A stretch of DNA of 15,893 nt, filler included, from Candidatus Woesearchaeota archaeon (GTDB lineage: Archaea; Nanobdellota; Nanobdellia; Woesearchaeales; B72-G16), in assembly GCA_003650545.1 (NCBI GenBank). It is 6 parts of 6 records of this genome, joined end to end, with 100 filler letters (N's around TTAATTAATTAA, not from the genome) between each part and the next. Parts side by side here need not be neighbours in the genome. Positions count along the whole stretch, not along the records: positions 13,371 to 15,893 come from QMQO01000132.1; 5 more parts are not named here. One strand, given 5' to 3'. This document shows, one piece after another, positions 15,116 through 15,893 of the stretch (positions are counted from its first letter, which is position 1; the number at the start of each line of letters is the position of its first letter). The position numbers were made by a program, and so were the translations under genes. The notes beneath the pieces were generated by a model. The model did no database searches, was not told the DNA's origin, and saw nothing but the letters and a program-made list of their open reading frames with translations.

Positions 15116-15472
15116 TTACGTGCTTAGAATCATTCTCACAGCTATGAACACTAGGAGTATTGAGAAAATACGGGAGAGGAGGACGCCTTTAAGCTTCACG
15201 GATATTTTGGTGCCTAAATATGAGCCTAGGATAACTGACGGCGTAAGCCATAAACCAATATCATATCTAACTCCCCCCATCACTATGTGGGTGGCTGATC
15301 CAGCTAGGGTTGTTATGACAATCATTAGGGCTGATGTAGCTATAGAATTATGTATAGGTATGCCTAAAAGCAAATTCATTATGGGAACCTTCACTACTCC
15401 GCCGCCGATGCCAAGCATGGAAGCCGTCATACCTATAAGTAACCCCAGTATCGCCGCTATTACTATTAGCAT
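15116..15472 (-). CDS. TauE/SafE (TSUP) family membrane protein, single-repeat half-size form
   Basis: GLLIGMTASMLGIGGGVVKVPIM..LLG.PIH.SIATS...G...GSYLG motif; 118 aa, about 4 TM helices. An in-frame TAG lies 19 codons upstream. Confidence 0.8.
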   Translation of the reverse strand: MLIVIAAILGLLIGMTASMLGIGGGVVKVPIMNLLLGIPIHNSIATSALMIVITTLAGSATHIVMGGVRYDIGLWLTPSVILGSYLGTKISVKLKGVLLSRIFSILLVFIAVRMILST

Positions 15473-15731
15473 GTCAACCCATCCGTGGAATTCATTGGAC
15501 GTAACATGTTTAATTGCTATGTTATGCTAGGAGGATGAATTAAAATCTTATGTGTTTCCATCTAAAAGCTTAAGGCATCTAATTGATTAGTGATCCAAAG
15601 CACATTTAGATTCAGCTATCATTTAAAGCTGCTTCTTACATAATTCATTGGCTGAAGTGACGGAAACTTAATTTATTAAGGAGAAGCCTATAATCAGCCT
15701 GGTAATGGAAAGTTAGAGGAGACGGATTTAC

Positions 15732-15893
15732 ATGAGTTTCTCAGAAGTTTATTTTGTTGACGCCCGCGCCAGAAATTCTAAGGAAAGCTTACTGAATAAG
15801 ATCGCTCTCCTATTTGATCATTTAGATATCGCTAGTGTGGTTAGAGGTAACAGAGTTGCAATTAAAACTCATGTGGGCGCGCAGCTTTGCACT
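15732..15893 (+). CDS. DUF362-domain (Fe-S) protein, N-terminal fragment, 3'-truncated
   Basis: MSFSEVYFVDARARNSKESLLNKIALLFDHLDIASVVRGNRVAIKTHVG matches the recalled S.VYF.D.R......L..K...LF...........VAIK.H.G start of DUF362 proteins. GAGGAG SD upstream; missed by the ORF track. Confidence 0.75.
   Translation, partial: MSFSEVYFVDARARNSKESLLNKIALLFDHLDIASVVRGNRVAIKTHVGAQLCT

Noticed and set aside
1..15893. Cross-domain gene mixture as horizontal transfer or one novel gene cluster
   Set aside because: Composition, promoter type (sigma70 vs TATA) and gene style change exactly at the spacers, and genes are cut at each spacer. The segments are independent contigs.

Overview
This window is not one continuous locus. 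It is six unrelated contigs of about 2.5 kb, joined by five identical 100-nt artificial spacers (N44-TTAATTAATTAA-N44), so nothing should be inferred across the spacers. (1) 1-2642, bacterial: the C-terminus of a probable glycoside-hydrolase-type protein, a degraded paralogue of it, a UroD/MtaA-family protein and the start of an MttB-family methyltransferase. (2) 2743-5341, archaeal (DPANN/Woesearchaeota-like, inferred): slyD-type PPIase, cmk and secD. (3) 5442-8009, archaeal: a DEAD-box helicase with a structured 5' UTR, a leader hairpin, tRNA-Asp(GTC) and tRNA-Lys(TTT), each with a non-canonical T-loop (59/60) intron, then rpo5 and rpo2. (4) 8110-10643, AT-rich bacterial (CPR-like, inferred): three secreted or membrane hypothetical proteins, one a Cys-rich repeat protein, with near-consensus sigma70 promoters. 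(5) 10744-13270, possibly viral: an MBL-fold hydrolase whose HxHxDH metal site is split by a 141-aa mini-intein, an HExxH metalloprotease-like protein and thyX. (6) 13371-15893, probably archaeal: AGE-family epimerase, MscL, a half-size TauE/SafE protein and a DUF362-like start. The most notable observations are an apparently circularly permuted MscL (cytoplasmic bundle helix at the N-terminus), the intein in the MBL active-site motif, and the tandem tRNAs with T-loop introns. Taxonomic labels are inferences from promoter style, composition and protein style, not database results.
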